Below are positions 55,331-64,000 of a stretch of DNA of 64,000 bases, piece by piece. The position numbers were made by a program, and so were the translations under genes. The notes below the pieces were generated by a model. That model had not been told where the DNA came from and did not search any database. It saw nothing but the letters and a program-made list of their open reading frames with translations. The stretch is from an uncultured Pseudomonadota bacterium (lineage in GTDB: Bacteria > Pseudomonadota > Alphaproteobacteria > JACZXZ01), in NCBI GenBank assembly GCA_963749075.1, contig CAVVLJ010000023.1:1-64000 (forward strand). The letters are read 5' to 3'. Within the stretch, counting starts at the first letter, position 1. Each line of letters opens with the position of its first letter.

Positions 55331-56323
55331 TCAGGCGTTGACGCGCGGAATGACCTCCTCGGCGAACATCTGCATCTGCTCCAGGCGCTCGGCCATGCTG
55401 TCGCCCGAGACGTGCAGCACGTTGAAGTGCGCAACACCCGCGGCGGCCACGGCGCGGATCTTCTCGCTCACTTCCTCGGGCGTGCCGATCCAGTTGGCCG
55501 CCAGCACGGGCTCGAGCGGCTGGCGGCGCTGCTCGAGGCGGAACTTGCCTTGGCGGCTCGCCGTGTAGGCCGCGACAGCCTTCTCCCGCGTGGAGGCCAG
55601 GCGAATCTCGCCCTCGGCGATGAGATCGATGTCGGCGAGGCTGCGGCCGTGCTTCTCGCAGACCGGCTTCAGCGCCTCGAGCCGCTCGCGCGCCGCCGCC
55701 GCCGCGACCATGATGCCGAGGCCGTGGTGCGCCACGCGCTCGAGCGCCTCGGGCGTGCGGCCGGGCACATAGATGGGAAAGGGATTCTGGATGGGCTTGG
55801 GGTCGAGGCGGATGTCGCGGAACTCGGTATATTCGCCGGAGAACTGCACCTTGCCATTGCCGGGCGAGAGGAGGAGGCGCAAGGCCTCGATGCATTCCTC
55901 GAGCAGCGTGCCGCGGCGCGCCTTGCGGTCGCGCGGCTTGATCGCGACGTACTCGTCCCGGCACATGCCGAGACCGAGGCCGAGGAGGAAGCGGCCGTTG
56001 CTGAAATTGTCCAGCGTCGCCGCCTCCTTGGCGAGGATCACGGGGTCCCGCAAGGGGGCGAGCAGCACGCCCGTGCCGAGCTTGATCGTCTTGGTGCGCG
56101 CGGCGCAGAAGGCGAGCGTCACCATCGGCTCGTACCAGTTGGGCGGGAGCTTGTCCGGCACGCCGTAATCGGGCGTTGCGGTCACGAAATCGGTCGCCCA
56201 GACCGCGTTGTAGCCGAGCCGCTCTGCGGCCACTACGGTCTCGACGATCTCCTCTGGCCCCGCGAAGGGAACCGGCACGAAGACGCCCTCGCGGCAGGTG
56301 GGAATCTCGATATCGAAGATCAT
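55331..56323 (-). CDS. Luciferase-like (LLM) oxidoreductase
   Basis: AERLGYNAVWATD, IKLGTGVLLAPLRDP, SNGRFLLGLGLG. Confidence 0.9.
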   Translation of the reverse strand: MIFDIEIPTCREGVFVPVPFAGPEEIVETVVAAERLGYNAVWATDFVTATPDYGVPDKLPPNWYEPMVTLAFCAARTKTIKLGTGVLLAPLRDPVILAKEAATLDNFSNGRFLLGLGLGMCRDEYVAIKPRDRKARRGTLLEECIEALRLLLSPGNGKVQFSGEYTEFRDIRLDPKPIQNPFPIYVPGRTPEALERVAHHGLGIMVAAAAARERLEALKPVCEKHGRSLADIDLIAEGEIRLASTREKAVAAYTASRQGKFRLEQRRQPLEPVLAANWIGTPEEVSEKIRAVAAAGVAHFNVLHVSGDSMAERLEQMQMFAEEVIPRVNA

Positions 56324-56486
56324 TCGGCCTCCCGATGTCCGTATGGTGCGGACATTTCCGTCGCTCGCCACAGCCTGGATGCTATATACGATGCGAAGCG
56401 CAGTCGTTGTCGCGGCAAGTCTCGTCCCCTCCGGCCTTGGCACACACCGGAGCAGCGATCTTCGCACGCGGGAAAGTCGGGCGAAA

Positions 56487-56510
56487 ATAAATAGTTTTGA
56501 TCTTCGATAC
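56487..56510. promoter_or_regulatory. Putative LysR box (T-N11-A) in the LLM/LysR divergent region
   Basis: ATAAATAGTTTTGATCTTCGATAC, AT-rich; similar to 61702-61727. Confidence 0.5.
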
Positions 56511-56579
56511 CGGAATGCTTGAAGCGTCGCCGGCGGCCGGGGCCGCGCCGCTCGCCATTGCCCCGGCAGGCGGGAAGCC

Positions 56580-57515
56580 ATGAATATCGTTCTGGCCCAG
56601 ACCTTCCTCGAGATCGTCTCGAGCGGCAACTTCAACAAGGCGGCCGACCGCCTGCACGTGACGCAATCGACCGTCACCATGCGCATCAACGCGCTCGAGG
56701 ACATCCTCGGCCAGAAGCTCTTGATCCGCAACCGCGCCGGCGTCGAGCTCACCACCACGGGATCGAAGTTCCGCCGCTACGCCGAGATGCTCGTGCAGAT
56801 CTGGCATCAGGCGCGCCAGGAGATCGCGCTGCCGTCGGACTTCGAGGCCGTGTTCAACATCGGCATCGATCCGCACCTGTGGGAGGGCCCGGGCCGCCAC
56901 TGGCTGCTCTGGATGCGCCGCGAGCTGCCGCAGATCGCCCTCTCCGTGCGGGTCGGCGATTCCCACGCGCTCCTCCACTGGCTCTCCCAGGGCCTCCTCG
57001 ACTTCGCCCTCGAATACAACCCCCAGGCCCGCCCAGGTCTGCGCGTCGACAAGCTCTTCGACGACCGCCTGGTCGTCGCCTCGACGGTGCCGCGCGAGCC
57101 CGTGCGCTGGCACCCGCTCTACGTCTATGTCGACTGGGGCGAGGATTTCCGCAAGACGCACTCGGCCACCTTTCCGGACGAGGAGACGCCCGGCGTCACC
57201 ATCGCGCACGGCGATTGGGCGCTGCGCTTCATCTACGATTACGGCGGCTCGGGCTATTTTCCCTTGCGCCAGATCGAGACGGAGCTCGCGGAAGGCCGCC
57301 TCCACATCGTGCGGTCGCCCGAGTTCCGCCGCACCGTCTACGCCGTCTATTTCGAGCGCACGCTGCAGATCGAGTGGTTCCGCAAGGCCTTCGAGGGCTT
57401 GCGGGCCCTCTGCGAGCCCTATGCGCTGGCAAGCGGGCCCGACGCCGCTCCCGGGAAGCGCGCGGCCCGGCGTCCGCGGCGGCGGCGCAAGGAGGCCCGG
57501 GTCCGGCAAGTCTAA
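56580..57515 (+). CDS. LysR-family transcriptional regulator (HdfR-like)
   Basis: TFLEIVSSGNFNKAADRLHVTQSTVTMRINALE. Confidence 0.94.
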   Translation: MNIVLAQTFLEIVSSGNFNKAADRLHVTQSTVTMRINALEDILGQKLLIRNRAGVELTTTGSKFRRYAEMLVQIWHQARQEIALPSDFEAVFNIGIDPHLWEGPGRHWLLWMRRELPQIALSVRVGDSHALLHWLSQGLLDFALEYNPQARPGLRVDKLFDDRLVVASTVPREPVRWHPLYVYVDWGEDFRKTHSATFPDEETPGVTIAHGDWALRFIYDYGGSGYFPLRQIETELAEGRLHIVRSPEFRRTVYAVYFERTLQIEWFRKAFEGLRALCEPYALASGPDAAPGKRAARRPRRRRKEARVRQV

Positions 57516-57517
57516 GA

Positions 57518-58333
57518 TCACCGCCGGCTGTTCATGCTGATGACGAGGAAGAGGGCGAGGCCCACGGTCGAGATCAGCGTCGAGGCCGCCATCACCGAGG
57601 GATCACTCTTGAGATAGAGGGAATCGAGCATGACCTTGGGCACCGTGCCCGCGTCGAGGCCGCCCAAGAAGATCGGCATCACCACGTCGTCGAAGGACGT
57701 CATGAAGGCGAGAACGGCGCCGGCCGCGACGCCCGGCATGAGGAGCGGCAGGACGACGTAGCGGAAGCTCTTGACCGGCGTTGCACCGAGCGTGCGCGCC
57801 GCGCGCTCGAGATCGCGGTCGCGCCGCCTGATGGTCGAGGTGACGGCGATGACCACGAAGGGCATGGCGATGACCGTCTGGGCGAGCGCCACGCCGAGGC
57901 GCGTGCCGACCAGTCCGAAGGGGGCGAAGACCGCATAGATCGACATGCCGAGCGACATGTAGGGCACGGCCAAGGGCGCGAGGAAGAGGATCAAGAGGGC
58001 GTCGCGCACGATCGGGTGGGGCACGCGGCTGATGGCATAGGCGCTGATCGTGCCGACCGTCGTCGCGATGAGTGCTGTGAGGGCGCCGATGACGAGGGTG
58101 TTGGCGACCGCCTCCGTCCAGTAGGAACCGCTCAGGACCTCGAGGTACCAGCGGAGCGAGAAGCCCACGGGCGGGAAGGCCATGAACTCGTCGGAGGTGA
58201 AGGAGACGCTCGCCGCCACGAGGAGCGGCAGCACGAGGAAGACGAAAACGAGCACGAGCCCCGCTCTTGCCGTCCAGCGGCCCAGCCGGCTGAGCGCCGC
58301 TTGCATGACAGCGCTCGGTCGGGCGGCGCTCAT
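57518..58333 (-). CDS. ABC transporter permease (PotC-like)
   Basis: FSLRWY, LERAARTLGA (EAA loop), FMTSFDD. Confidence 0.92.
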   Translation of the reverse strand: MSAARPSAVMQAALSRLGRWTARAGLVLVFVFLVLPLLVAASVSFTSDEFMAFPPVGFSLRWYLEVLSGSYWTEAVANTLVIGALTALIATTVGTISAYAISRVPHPIVRDALLILFLAPLAVPYMSLGMSIYAVFAPFGLVGTRLGVALAQTVIAMPFVVIAVTSTIRRRDRDLERAARTLGATPVKSFRYVVLPLLMPGVAAGAVLAFMTSFDDVVMPIFLGGLDAGTVPKVMLDSLYLKSDPSVMAASTLISTVGLALFLVISMNSRR

Positions 58334-59193
58334 TCGCGGCCGTAGACGTCGCTCAGGCCCGTCACCCGCACATAGACCGCGGCTCCGAGGATCGAGATCA
58401 AGACCACGATCGAGGAGAGCGCCGAGCCCAGGCCCCAGAGCCCGAGATTGAGTGCCAAGTCGCGGATCTCCATGACGATGGTCGTCTGTGCGGCGCCGCC
58501 GAGCACGGCCGGCACCACGTAGAAGCCGAGCGAATAGACGAAGATCAGCATGGTGCCCGCGATCAGCCCCGGGCGGGTGAGCGGCAGGAAGATCTCCCAG
58601 AAGGCGCGGAACGCGGAGGCGCCGAGCGTGCGCGCGGCGGGCACCAGATGCACGCCCACCCGCATCATCGAGCCGAGGAGGATGAGGGTGATGAAGGGCA
58701 ACATGACATGGACCATGCCGACGATCACCCCCGTCTCGTTATAGACGAGCGGGATGGGTTGGCGCGAGACGCCGAGCCCCATGAGCGTCTCGTTGATGAG
58801 CCCATGGTCGCCCAGCACGACGAGCCACGAGAAGGTGCGCGGGACGGTGCCGACGGCGTAGGAGAAGAGCACCAGTCCGAGCATGAGCTGTCGGCTCCGT
58901 CCGCGCGCGCGGAAGATCGCATAAGCCGTAGGATAGCCGACGAGTAGGCAGCCGAGCGTGGCGCCCACCGCGGAGAAGATCGAATTCCACAGCACGCGCA
59001 GATAGAGCGAATCGCTGAAGATGGCGCGGTAGTTCTCCAGGCCTGTTTGCGGATCGGTGAGGCTGCTCCAGAACATGAGCGCGATGGGGGCGATGAAGAG
59101 GAAGCCCATCACCGCCATGCCCGGCGCCAGCCAGGCATAGCTCCTCACGTCGCGCAAGCTGGGCCAGAGACGCAATCCGGCGCTCCTCCGCAT
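58330..59193 (-). CDS. ABC transporter permease (PotB-like)
   Basis: GLENY, GYPTAY, AARTLGAS, PAVLGG (C-terminal part of ORF 58330..60369). Confidence 0.9.
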   Translation of the reverse strand: MRRSAGLRLWPSLRDVRSYAWLAPGMAVMGFLFIAPIALMFWSSLTDPQTGLENYRAIFSDSLYLRVLWNSIFSAVGATLGCLLVGYPTAYAIFRARGRSRQLMLGLVLFSYAVGTVPRTFSWLVVLGDHGLINETLMGLGVSRQPIPLVYNETGVIVGMVHVMLPFITLILLGSMMRVGVHLVPAARTLGASAFRAFWEIFLPLTRPGLIAGTMLIFVYSLGFYVVPAVLGGAAQTTIVMEIRDLALNLGLWGLGSALSSIVVLISILGAAVYVRVTGLSDVYGRE

Positions 59194-60290
59194 CACGGCG
59201 GGCGATCGACGACCACCGAGCGGTCCGGAAAGAGACCGATCGTGGCGGCCGTCCCGGGTTCCAGGATGGCGCCCGCCTCCTCGTTGCTCTGCGCCCTGAG
59301 GGTGATGCCGGCTTCGGCCGCGCGCAGCGCGTAAAGGGTGTGGGAGCCGTTGTAGAGCGCTTCCGTGATCTCGCAGACGACGGCGAGGCTGCCGCTCCCG
59401 GCGGCAGGCTTCATGGCGACGTTCTCGGGCCGGACGACGATGGTGACGGGCGTCCCGGCCGCGAGCTCGCCATGCGTCCTCACCCGATCGTGCGGGAGCC
59501 GCCAGTGGCCGAAGCTGGAGCTGACCGTGACGGTGCCGTCGTCCACGCGAACGACCTCGCCGTCGATCAGGTTGGCATCGCCGATGAAGCTCGCAATGTA
59601 GCGCGACGAGGGCAGGCGGTAGAGGCGGTCGGGCGAATCGACGTCGACGATGTTCCCGTTCCGCATGACCGCTACGCGGTCGGAGAGCGCCAGTGCCTCG
59701 GACTGGTCGTGGGTGACGTAGATGATGGTGACGCCGACGCGGCGGTGAAGCGCCTTGAGCTCGCCCTTCATGTAGTCGCGCAGGTTCTTGTCGAGTGCCG
59801 AGAGCGGCTCGTCGAGCAGCAGGAGCTTGGGGTCGAAGACCAGCGCGCGCGCGAGGGCCACGCGCTGCTGCTGGCCGCCGCTGATCTGGCTGGGGCGGCG
59901 TGCGCTCAAGCCCTCGATGCCGGCGAGCTTCATGATGTCCGACACCTTGGCGGCGATCTCGGCCGTCGGCAGCCGCCGCATGCGCAAGGGGAAGGCGACG
60001 TTCTGCCACACGGTCATGTGCGGGAAGAGGGCGTAGTCCTGGAACACCATGCCGATGCCGCGAGCCTCCGGCGGCAGCCCGGTGGTGTCGCGGCCGTCGA
60101 TGAGGACCTGCCCGGACTGGGGCTCTTCGAGGCCCGCGATGAGCCGCAAGACCGTGCTCTTGCCGCTGCCCGACGAGCCCAGCATCGAGAGGAACTCGCC
60201 AGCGCGAACCGCAAGGGAAATGCCCCGGACCGCGGGGACCTCGCCGAATTTCTTCGTCAGGCCGCTGATGACGACCGAAGCACCGGGCAT
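59193..60290 (-). CDS. ABC transporter ATP-binding protein (PotA-like, TOBE domain)
   Basis: GSSGSGKST, ISGGQQQR, LLLDEPLSALD, YVTHDQ. Confidence 0.95.
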   Translation of the reverse strand: MPGASVVISGLTKKFGEVPAVRGISLAVRAGEFLSMLGSSGSGKSTVLRLIAGLEEPQSGQVLIDGRDTTGLPPEARGIGMVFQDYALFPHMTVWQNVAFPLRMRRLPTAEIAAKVSDIMKLAGIEGLSARRPSQISGGQQQRVALARALVFDPKLLLLDEPLSALDKNLRDYMKGELKALHRRVGVTIIYVTHDQSEALALSDRVAVMRNGNIVDVDSPDRLYRLPSSRYIASFIGDANLIDGEVVRVDDGTVTVSSSFGHWRLPHDRVRTHGELAAGTPVTIVVRPENVAMKPAAGSGSLAVVCEITEALYNGSHTLYALRAAEAGITLRAQSNEEAGAILEPGTAATIGLFPDRSVVVDRPP

Positions 60291-60436
60291 GCACGCACTC
60301 TCGACAGCGACAAGAGAGGAGCAACGCGGCCGACGGTGAGGTGCGCTGCGGCACGGACGCGCACAGCACCGCCGCCGATGCCTCTCACTCTACTATGAGC
60401 GACGCTCGGAACCAAACACCGCCCGCCGGTCGGGCC

Positions 60437-61540
60437 TTACTTCACCCGCCAGCCGTCGTACTTCTGCTGCAGGCGGGCCTGGTTCTCGGCGTAGTAGTCG
60501 CGGTCGAGATGCACCATCTCGTTGATGTGGGTGATGGCGACCGAGTTCTTCTCCTGCTCGGTCATGCGCTTCGCCACGTCCGGCACCGCGGGGGAAGTCG
60601 GCCAGGTGCGGATGAACTTGAGCTCATCGTCCTCGTCGAAGAAGAGATTGAGGAACTGGTGCGCCTCGCGCACGTACTTCGAGTCCTTGGCGATGCCGAC
60701 GGCCGGGCTGAAATAGAAGCCCTGGTTGTACACCACATTGACCGGCTTGCCCGCGAGGTGTGCCGCGATGAAGTCGGTCGACCAGGTGAGCACCATGCTG
60801 ATCTCATTCTGGTACAGCATCTGGGCGACCTGATCGCTCGCCTGCGTGTTGTGGAAGACGCGGATGTTGGGGCGCAGGCGGTCGAGCATCTTGAAGGCGC
60901 GGTCCTCGTCGAGCGGATAGAGCTTGTCGGGTGCCACGCCGTCGGCCATGAGGGCCGCCTCGAGCACGCCGCCGACCCAGGTGCCGAGCGAGCGCGGGCC
61001 GGGGAAGTTCGCCACGTCCCAGAAGTCGCGCCAGGAATTGGGCGGCTTGCTCTTGTAGGCGTCGGTGCGGTAGCCGATCTGGTAGACGGTGATGTAGGGC
61101 GATACGGCATAGGGCGACTTGGTGCCCGGCAGCGCCGCCTTGGCGTTGGGCAGCCAGTCGTAATTCAGTTTCTCGACCAGACCCTCCTTGCCCGCGCGCA
61201 ACGGCTCCACCTCGTCGTCGAACCAGATCAGGTCGTAATGCTCGGGGTTGCCGTGCGTCATCGCGGTCTGGAATTTGCCGTAGCTGAAGGGCGTCACGTC
61301 CTTGATCTCGATGCCCGTGGCCGCCTTGAAGGGGTCCTCGAAGCCGGCGCGGATGCCCTTGCCGAAGCCGCCGCCCCAGGTGAGGAAGATGAGCGGGCCC
61401 TTGTCCGAGGCGGCGCGTGCCGCCCGCCAGGACGAGAGAATGCTCGGCAGCAGGAGTGCCGTGCCGCCCGCCGCCGTCGCGCGAAGCAGCCCGCGCCGCG
61501 AGATTGCGGTGCCCGTGGGCTCGTCTTTTTTTGTCGTCAT
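60437..61540 (-). CDS. Tat-exported solute-binding protein (PotD-like)
   Basis: ISRRGLL twin-arginine signal; TWGG, SWRDFWDVANFPGPR, ALMADGV..LYPLD. Confidence 0.9.
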   Translation of the reverse strand: MTTKKDEPTGTAISRRGLLRATAAGGTALLLPSILSSWRAARAASDKGPLIFLTWGGGFGKGIRAGFEDPFKAATGIEIKDVTPFSYGKFQTAMTHGNPEHYDLIWFDDEVEPLRAGKEGLVEKLNYDWLPNAKAALPGTKSPYAVSPYITVYQIGYRTDAYKSKPPNSWRDFWDVANFPGPRSLGTWVGGVLEAALMADGVAPDKLYPLDEDRAFKMLDRLRPNIRVFHNTQASDQVAQMLYQNEISMVLTWSTDFIAAHLAGKPVNVVYNQGFYFSPAVGIAKDSKYVREAHQFLNLFFDEDDELKFIRTWPTSPAVPDVAKRMTEQEKNSVAITHINEMVHLDRDYYAENQARLQQKYDGWRVK

Positions 61541-61701
61541 GGATGCTCCCTGTTCTGCGTGCTCGGCGGGCCCTCTCCCATCGCTCGGGCGAATGCCGGC
61601 GCGGGTGCGAGAGCCCGGCTCGAGAGCTCGATGTGCGCCGCGCGCGTGCCGCATGGCCGCCACGGGCATTACAGCTCGTATCCAACGGGGGCTACATGTG
61701 T

Positions 61702-61721
61702 AAATCGAAATATTTTGATTT
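61702..61721. promoter_or_regulatory. AT-rich palindromic operator upstream of the ABC operon
   Basis: AAATCGAAATATTTTGATTT near-perfect dyad. Confidence 0.55.
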
Positions 61722-61779
61722 CGAAATTCAAGTTTCTTGATTCGGCCCTCGTTGGCGCGGGCTTCTCGGGCCGTGCCGG

Positions 61780-62676
61780 CTAGCCGCCCGAGGCCGCGGG
61801 ATCGAGCAGGTCGCTGAGCCCGTCGCCGAGCATGTTGAAGCCGAGCACCGCGAGAAAGATCATGGCCGCCGGCGCGAGCACGAACCAGGGTGCGGTCTCG
61901 AGGTACTGGAAACCCACCTGCACCATCGAGCCCCAGGTCGCGGTCGGCGGCTGCGCGCCGAGACCGATGAAGCTCACGCTCGATTCCGTGATGACGGCGA
62001 AGCCGACGCCCAAGGTGGCCTGCACGATGACCGGGTTGATGGCGTTGGGCAGCATGTGGCGGAAGAGCACGCGCCAGGGCGGCACGCCGACCGCGTGTGC
62101 CGCGAGGATATAGTCGCTGTGCTTGAGGGAGAGGACCTGCCCGCGCACGAGGCGCGTGAAGGTCGGCACCGAGACGACCGCGATGGCGATCATGGCATTG
62201 AGCAGCCCCGGCCCGAGCACGGCCGCGATGGTGAGCGCCAGCACGAGCGGCGGCAGCGCCATGAGGCTGTCGAGGAGGCGCATCATGGCCTCGTCGATCG
62301 CCCCGCCCGCGTAGCCCGAGACCAGTCCGAGCGGCACGCCGATCGAGACCGCGATGAGCACCGCGGCCACGCTGACGGCGAGCGAGAGGCGAGCCGCGTA
62401 GATGACGCGCGTCGCGATGTCACGGCCGAGATCGTCGGTGCCGAGGGGGTGCGCCTCGCTCGGCGCCTCCAGCATCGCGCGGTAATCGATCTCGTCGGGC
62501 CCGTAGCGCGCGAGCTCGGGCGCCAGGATCGCGGCGCCCACCTCGAGGATCACCAGCACGATGCCGGCCGCGGCGAGCCGGTTGGCGAAGAGCCTGCGCC
62601 ACGCCGCGGCGAAGCCGCCGCGCCGCCTGAGCCGCCATGCGCGCGTTGTTGCCTTGGCGGCGAGCTGGCGCTCCAT
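61780..62676 (-). CDS. Peptide/nickel ABC permease (DppC/OppC-like)
   Basis: HPLGTDDLGRD, RLVRGQVLSLK, RHMLPN, GFNMLGDGL. Confidence 0.94.
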   Translation of the reverse strand: MERQLAAKATTRAWRLRRRGGFAAAWRRLFANRLAAAGIVLVILEVGAAILAPELARYGPDEIDYRAMLEAPSEAHPLGTDDLGRDIATRVIYAARLSLAVSVAAVLIAVSIGVPLGLVSGYAGGAIDEAMMRLLDSLMALPPLVLALTIAAVLGPGLLNAMIAIAVVSVPTFTRLVRGQVLSLKHSDYILAAHAVGVPPWRVLFRHMLPNAINPVIVQATLGVGFAVITESSVSFIGLGAQPPTATWGSMVQVGFQYLETAPWFVLAPAAMIFLAVLGFNMLGDGLSDLLDPAASGG

Positions 62677-62685
62677 CGCCGGCCC

Positions 62686-63639
62686 TCAGGCCTGGCGCGT
62701 GCGCGGGTCGAGCAGGCCGTAGCTCACGTCGACCGCGAGGTTGGCCAGCACGACGACGAACGTGATGAGCAGTACCACCGCCTGGACCACGGGATAATCG
62801 CGGCTCAGGATGCCGTCGACGAGGAGGCGGCCCAAGCCCGGCACGCCGAAGATCGTCTCGGTCACCACGGCGCCGCTGAAGAGCGTGCCGAGCTGGATAC
62901 CGAGGACGGTCACCACCGGCAGCATGGCGTTCCTGAAAGCGTGGCGCAGGATGACCCGGCCTTCCCGAAGGCCCTTGGCGCGCGCGGTCTTGATGTAGGC
63001 GTGCCCGAGCACGTCGGCGAAGCTCGAGCGGCTCTGCCGCATGGCGATGGCGCCGACGCCCAGGCTCAAGGTCACCGCCGGCATGAGCGAGGTCCTGAAG
63101 CTTTCCCACGGGTCGGCGAAGAGGGAGACGTAGCCCGAGGGCGGCAGCCAGTGCCACTTGAGCGCCACGAAGTAGATGAGAACGCCGCCCACGAGGAAGT
63201 AGGGCATGGCGGCGCCCGCCAAGGCCGCGACCGTGCCGAGCCAGTCCTTCCAGGAGTTGGGGCTCGCCGCGGCGAGGACGCCGAGCGGGATGCCTATGAG
63301 GAGGGCCAAGAGCCAGGCGCTGAGGCCGATCTGCACCGTCGGCAGGATGCGCGGCTCCATGAGATGCCAGACGCGCTCGCGGCTCTGGATGGAGCGCCCG
63401 AAGTCGCCGGAGAGCAGCTTCGCCATCCAGCCGGCGTATTGCGCGTAGAGCGGCCGGTCGAGGCCGCTCTCGGCGCGCAGATCCGCGACGGTCTCGGCGC
63501 TGACCTCGCCCTGCGCCTGCCCCAGCATCAGCATGACCGGGTCGCCGGGGAGGAGGCGCATGAGAAAGAAGACGATGATCGAGGTCAGGAAGATGACCGG
63601 GATGGTGGCGAGAAGACGCCTGAGGATATATGCCGCCAT
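62686..63639 (-). CDS. Peptide/nickel ABC permease (DppB/OppB-like)
   Basis: YILRRLL, GLDRPLYAQY, YIKTARAKGL, RDYPVVQA. Confidence 0.94.
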   Translation of the reverse strand: MAAYILRRLLATIPVIFLTSIIVFFLMRLLPGDPVMLMLGQAQGEVSAETVADLRAESGLDRPLYAQYAGWMAKLLSGDFGRSIQSRERVWHLMEPRILPTVQIGLSAWLLALLIGIPLGVLAAASPNSWKDWLGTVAALAGAAMPYFLVGGVLIYFVALKWHWLPPSGYVSLFADPWESFRTSLMPAVTLSLGVGAIAMRQSRSSFADVLGHAYIKTARAKGLREGRVILRHAFRNAMLPVVTVLGIQLGTLFSGAVVTETIFGVPGLGRLLVDGILSRDYPVVQAVVLLITFVVVLANLAVDVSYGLLDPRTRQA

Positions 63640-63657
63640 GCCGTCTCGCTCTCGCCT

Positions 63658-63988
63658 TCAGGGCACCTCGAGAAGCTCGAAGATGTCGGTATCGGTGCGC
63701 GAGAAAAGGAGGACGAGTCCCGCCGGGGTCTTCTCGTAGACGCGCGTCTCGGCGCCCTCGTAGACGAGCGGCGGGCGCTCCGGGCTGAGGCGGAAGTTCT
63801 CCATGTCCTCGCGCGTCTCCCAGGCCGTGATGCTGTAGCCCTTGAGCGGGTCCTTGCTCGAGAAGAGGATGTCGCGCGCGACGAAGCCCTTGGCCTTCCT
63901 CGCGAGCTCGGTGTTCTTCTTGAGGAGCGCCAAGGCCTGCTGCTTATTCTCTTCCGCAACGATATGCAAGGTGATCATCGTCACCATG
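63658..63988 (-). CDS. Antibiotic biosynthesis monooxygenase (ABM)-like protein
   Basis: KAKGFVARDILFS..GYSITAWETREDMENF ferredoxin-like pattern; start uncertain at the window edge. Confidence 0.7.
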
Positions 63989-64000
63989 GCCGGCACCTCT

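Overview
GC-rich Alphaproteobacterial chromosome segment (Rhodospirillales-like by gene order; inference). Bases ~56-31.8 kb are the core transcription/translation supercluster on the + strand: tRNA-Trp, secE-nusG-rplKAJL-rpoBC, the str operon (rpsL-rpsG-fusA-tuf), then the S10, spc and alpha operons to rplQ. A two-gene, less GC-rich cassette is inserted between rpoC and rpsL. Then comes degP/degQ-rarA-rluA, an inserted LysR/pirin/YcaC/amidohydrolase/glyoxalase-like/alginate-export/MFS block, HAD-ATP12-pccB, and an accessory catabolic region (DOPA dioxygenase, PLP enzyme, two-subunit CoA transferase, two luciferase-like monooxygenases, fused FO synthase fbiC, NIPSNAP, LysR, two ABC systems). 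The most intriguing signal is a small GIY-YIG nuclease gene bracketed by two inverted, covarying ~50-bp hairpin repeats, an arrangement like a REP/RAYT element but with a GIY-YIG nuclease. A second palindromic family (CCCTCCCCC...GGGGGAGGG) is scattered through the intergenic regions. Several single-base indels (tRNA-Trp, nusG, rplK, amidohydrolase, GIY-YIG, possibly the ATP12 stop) suggest consensus errors, so frameshift calls are provisional.
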